From Daphnia carinata (Eukaryota), in NCBI RefSeq assembly GCF_022539665.2, contig NC_081332.1, positions 6,138,001 through 6,202,000 of the forward strand: a stretch of 64,000 nt of DNA. Direction: 5' to 3'. Below, piece by piece: positions 63,268 through 64,000 of this stretch. Position 1 is the first letter of the stretch. Each line of letters begins with the position of its first letter. Both the position numbers and the translations under genes were made by a program. Under the pieces are notes generated by a model. That model saw only the letters and a list, made by a program, of their open reading frames with translations. It did no database searches and had not been told where the DNA came from.

Positions 63268-63710
63268 GTAAGTAGAACTGGCCACATTTCCGAATTAAGT
63301 GAACGTGCGCTCTCTCCCAAATAACATGTGGCGATTCAAATAAGGCGGGCGCTTTTAACTTCAACGTTTCATTCAGGTGCAGGGCAACAGGTGTACCGTA
63401 ATTGTTTGTTTAACTGCCCCAACCATATTAGATATCCTCATCGTTCCGACACACGTGTATCAGCATAATCCACCACACCGTTTTCATTTAACACGTAGAG
63501 TCATTTTTTTTGTTTTTGTTTTACTCTCTTCAATTATTTTATTTTTCAAATTAAATCAGGTCAAGACAAAGAAGTCTGGGGAAGGCAATCAAAGTGGGTT
63601 AATTTGACCCTCTCTTTGTGGGAAAACTTACAGGTAGACTCTCGTTCAGGGGAGAGGGATGAGGATTTCTCCTTTTTTTTTTATTTAAAGGTTCTTCTAG
63701 TTTACATTTC

Positions 63711-63729
63711 GTGTGTGTGTGTGTGTGTG
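63711..63729. repeat. (GT)n microsatellite
   Basis: gtgtgtgtgtgtgtgtgtg. Confidence 0.9.
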
Positions 63730-64000
63730 GAACCCTCCAAGCAGGAATGTGTGTGAAGAACCAATAGGGAACTCGGATTCTCTTTTAGTTGGTGCATAGG
63801 GGAGGAGAGATACAGCTATTGTTTGAATCCAGAAGGGGAGACTCAAAATTGGGGGATCTTTCATTTTGGATTTCGTCGGATGTGTGATATTTCCAACGGT
63901 CTCGTTCCTTTTTTTTTAAATGGGAAAGAGAAAGAGAGAGAAGTTGCTAGATACCCGGAATTATTCCGATAACTAACGCGCATAGTGGGAGAAAAGAATG

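Overview
Gene-dense, compact eukaryotic DNA with many 55-90 nt introns; the style suggests a crustacean such as Daphnia, which is an inference. Left to right: the 5' part of a multi-PAN/Apple-domain (NompA-like) gene; a ~9.6 kb nest of transposon-derived DNA (Helitron-like host repeat holding two foldback elements with TATGG...CCATA ends, one a 5.0 kb near-palindrome with a 6-bp TSD and three tRNA-like sequences at its centre); an SLC26 transporter; a related short element carrying a ~34-bp minisatellite; a tightly coupled CMC4-METTL26 pair; an orphan secreted-protein ORF; two tandem HSD17B12-like reductases; TAMM41 with SWI5 nested in intron 1; a NACHT-LRR (NLR-like) gene; TRMU; an intronless C-type-lectin-like gene; a CBARP-like gene; and ATG10, assembled by hand from small exons. 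The most interesting signal is an IMD/PGRP-type cRHIM-like motif (VEIANSSSVHIGN) at the N-terminus of the NLR, suggesting an amyloid-signalling NLR that could feed into the IMD pathway. Gene names come from motif recognition by eye, not database searches, and exon coordinates are approximate.
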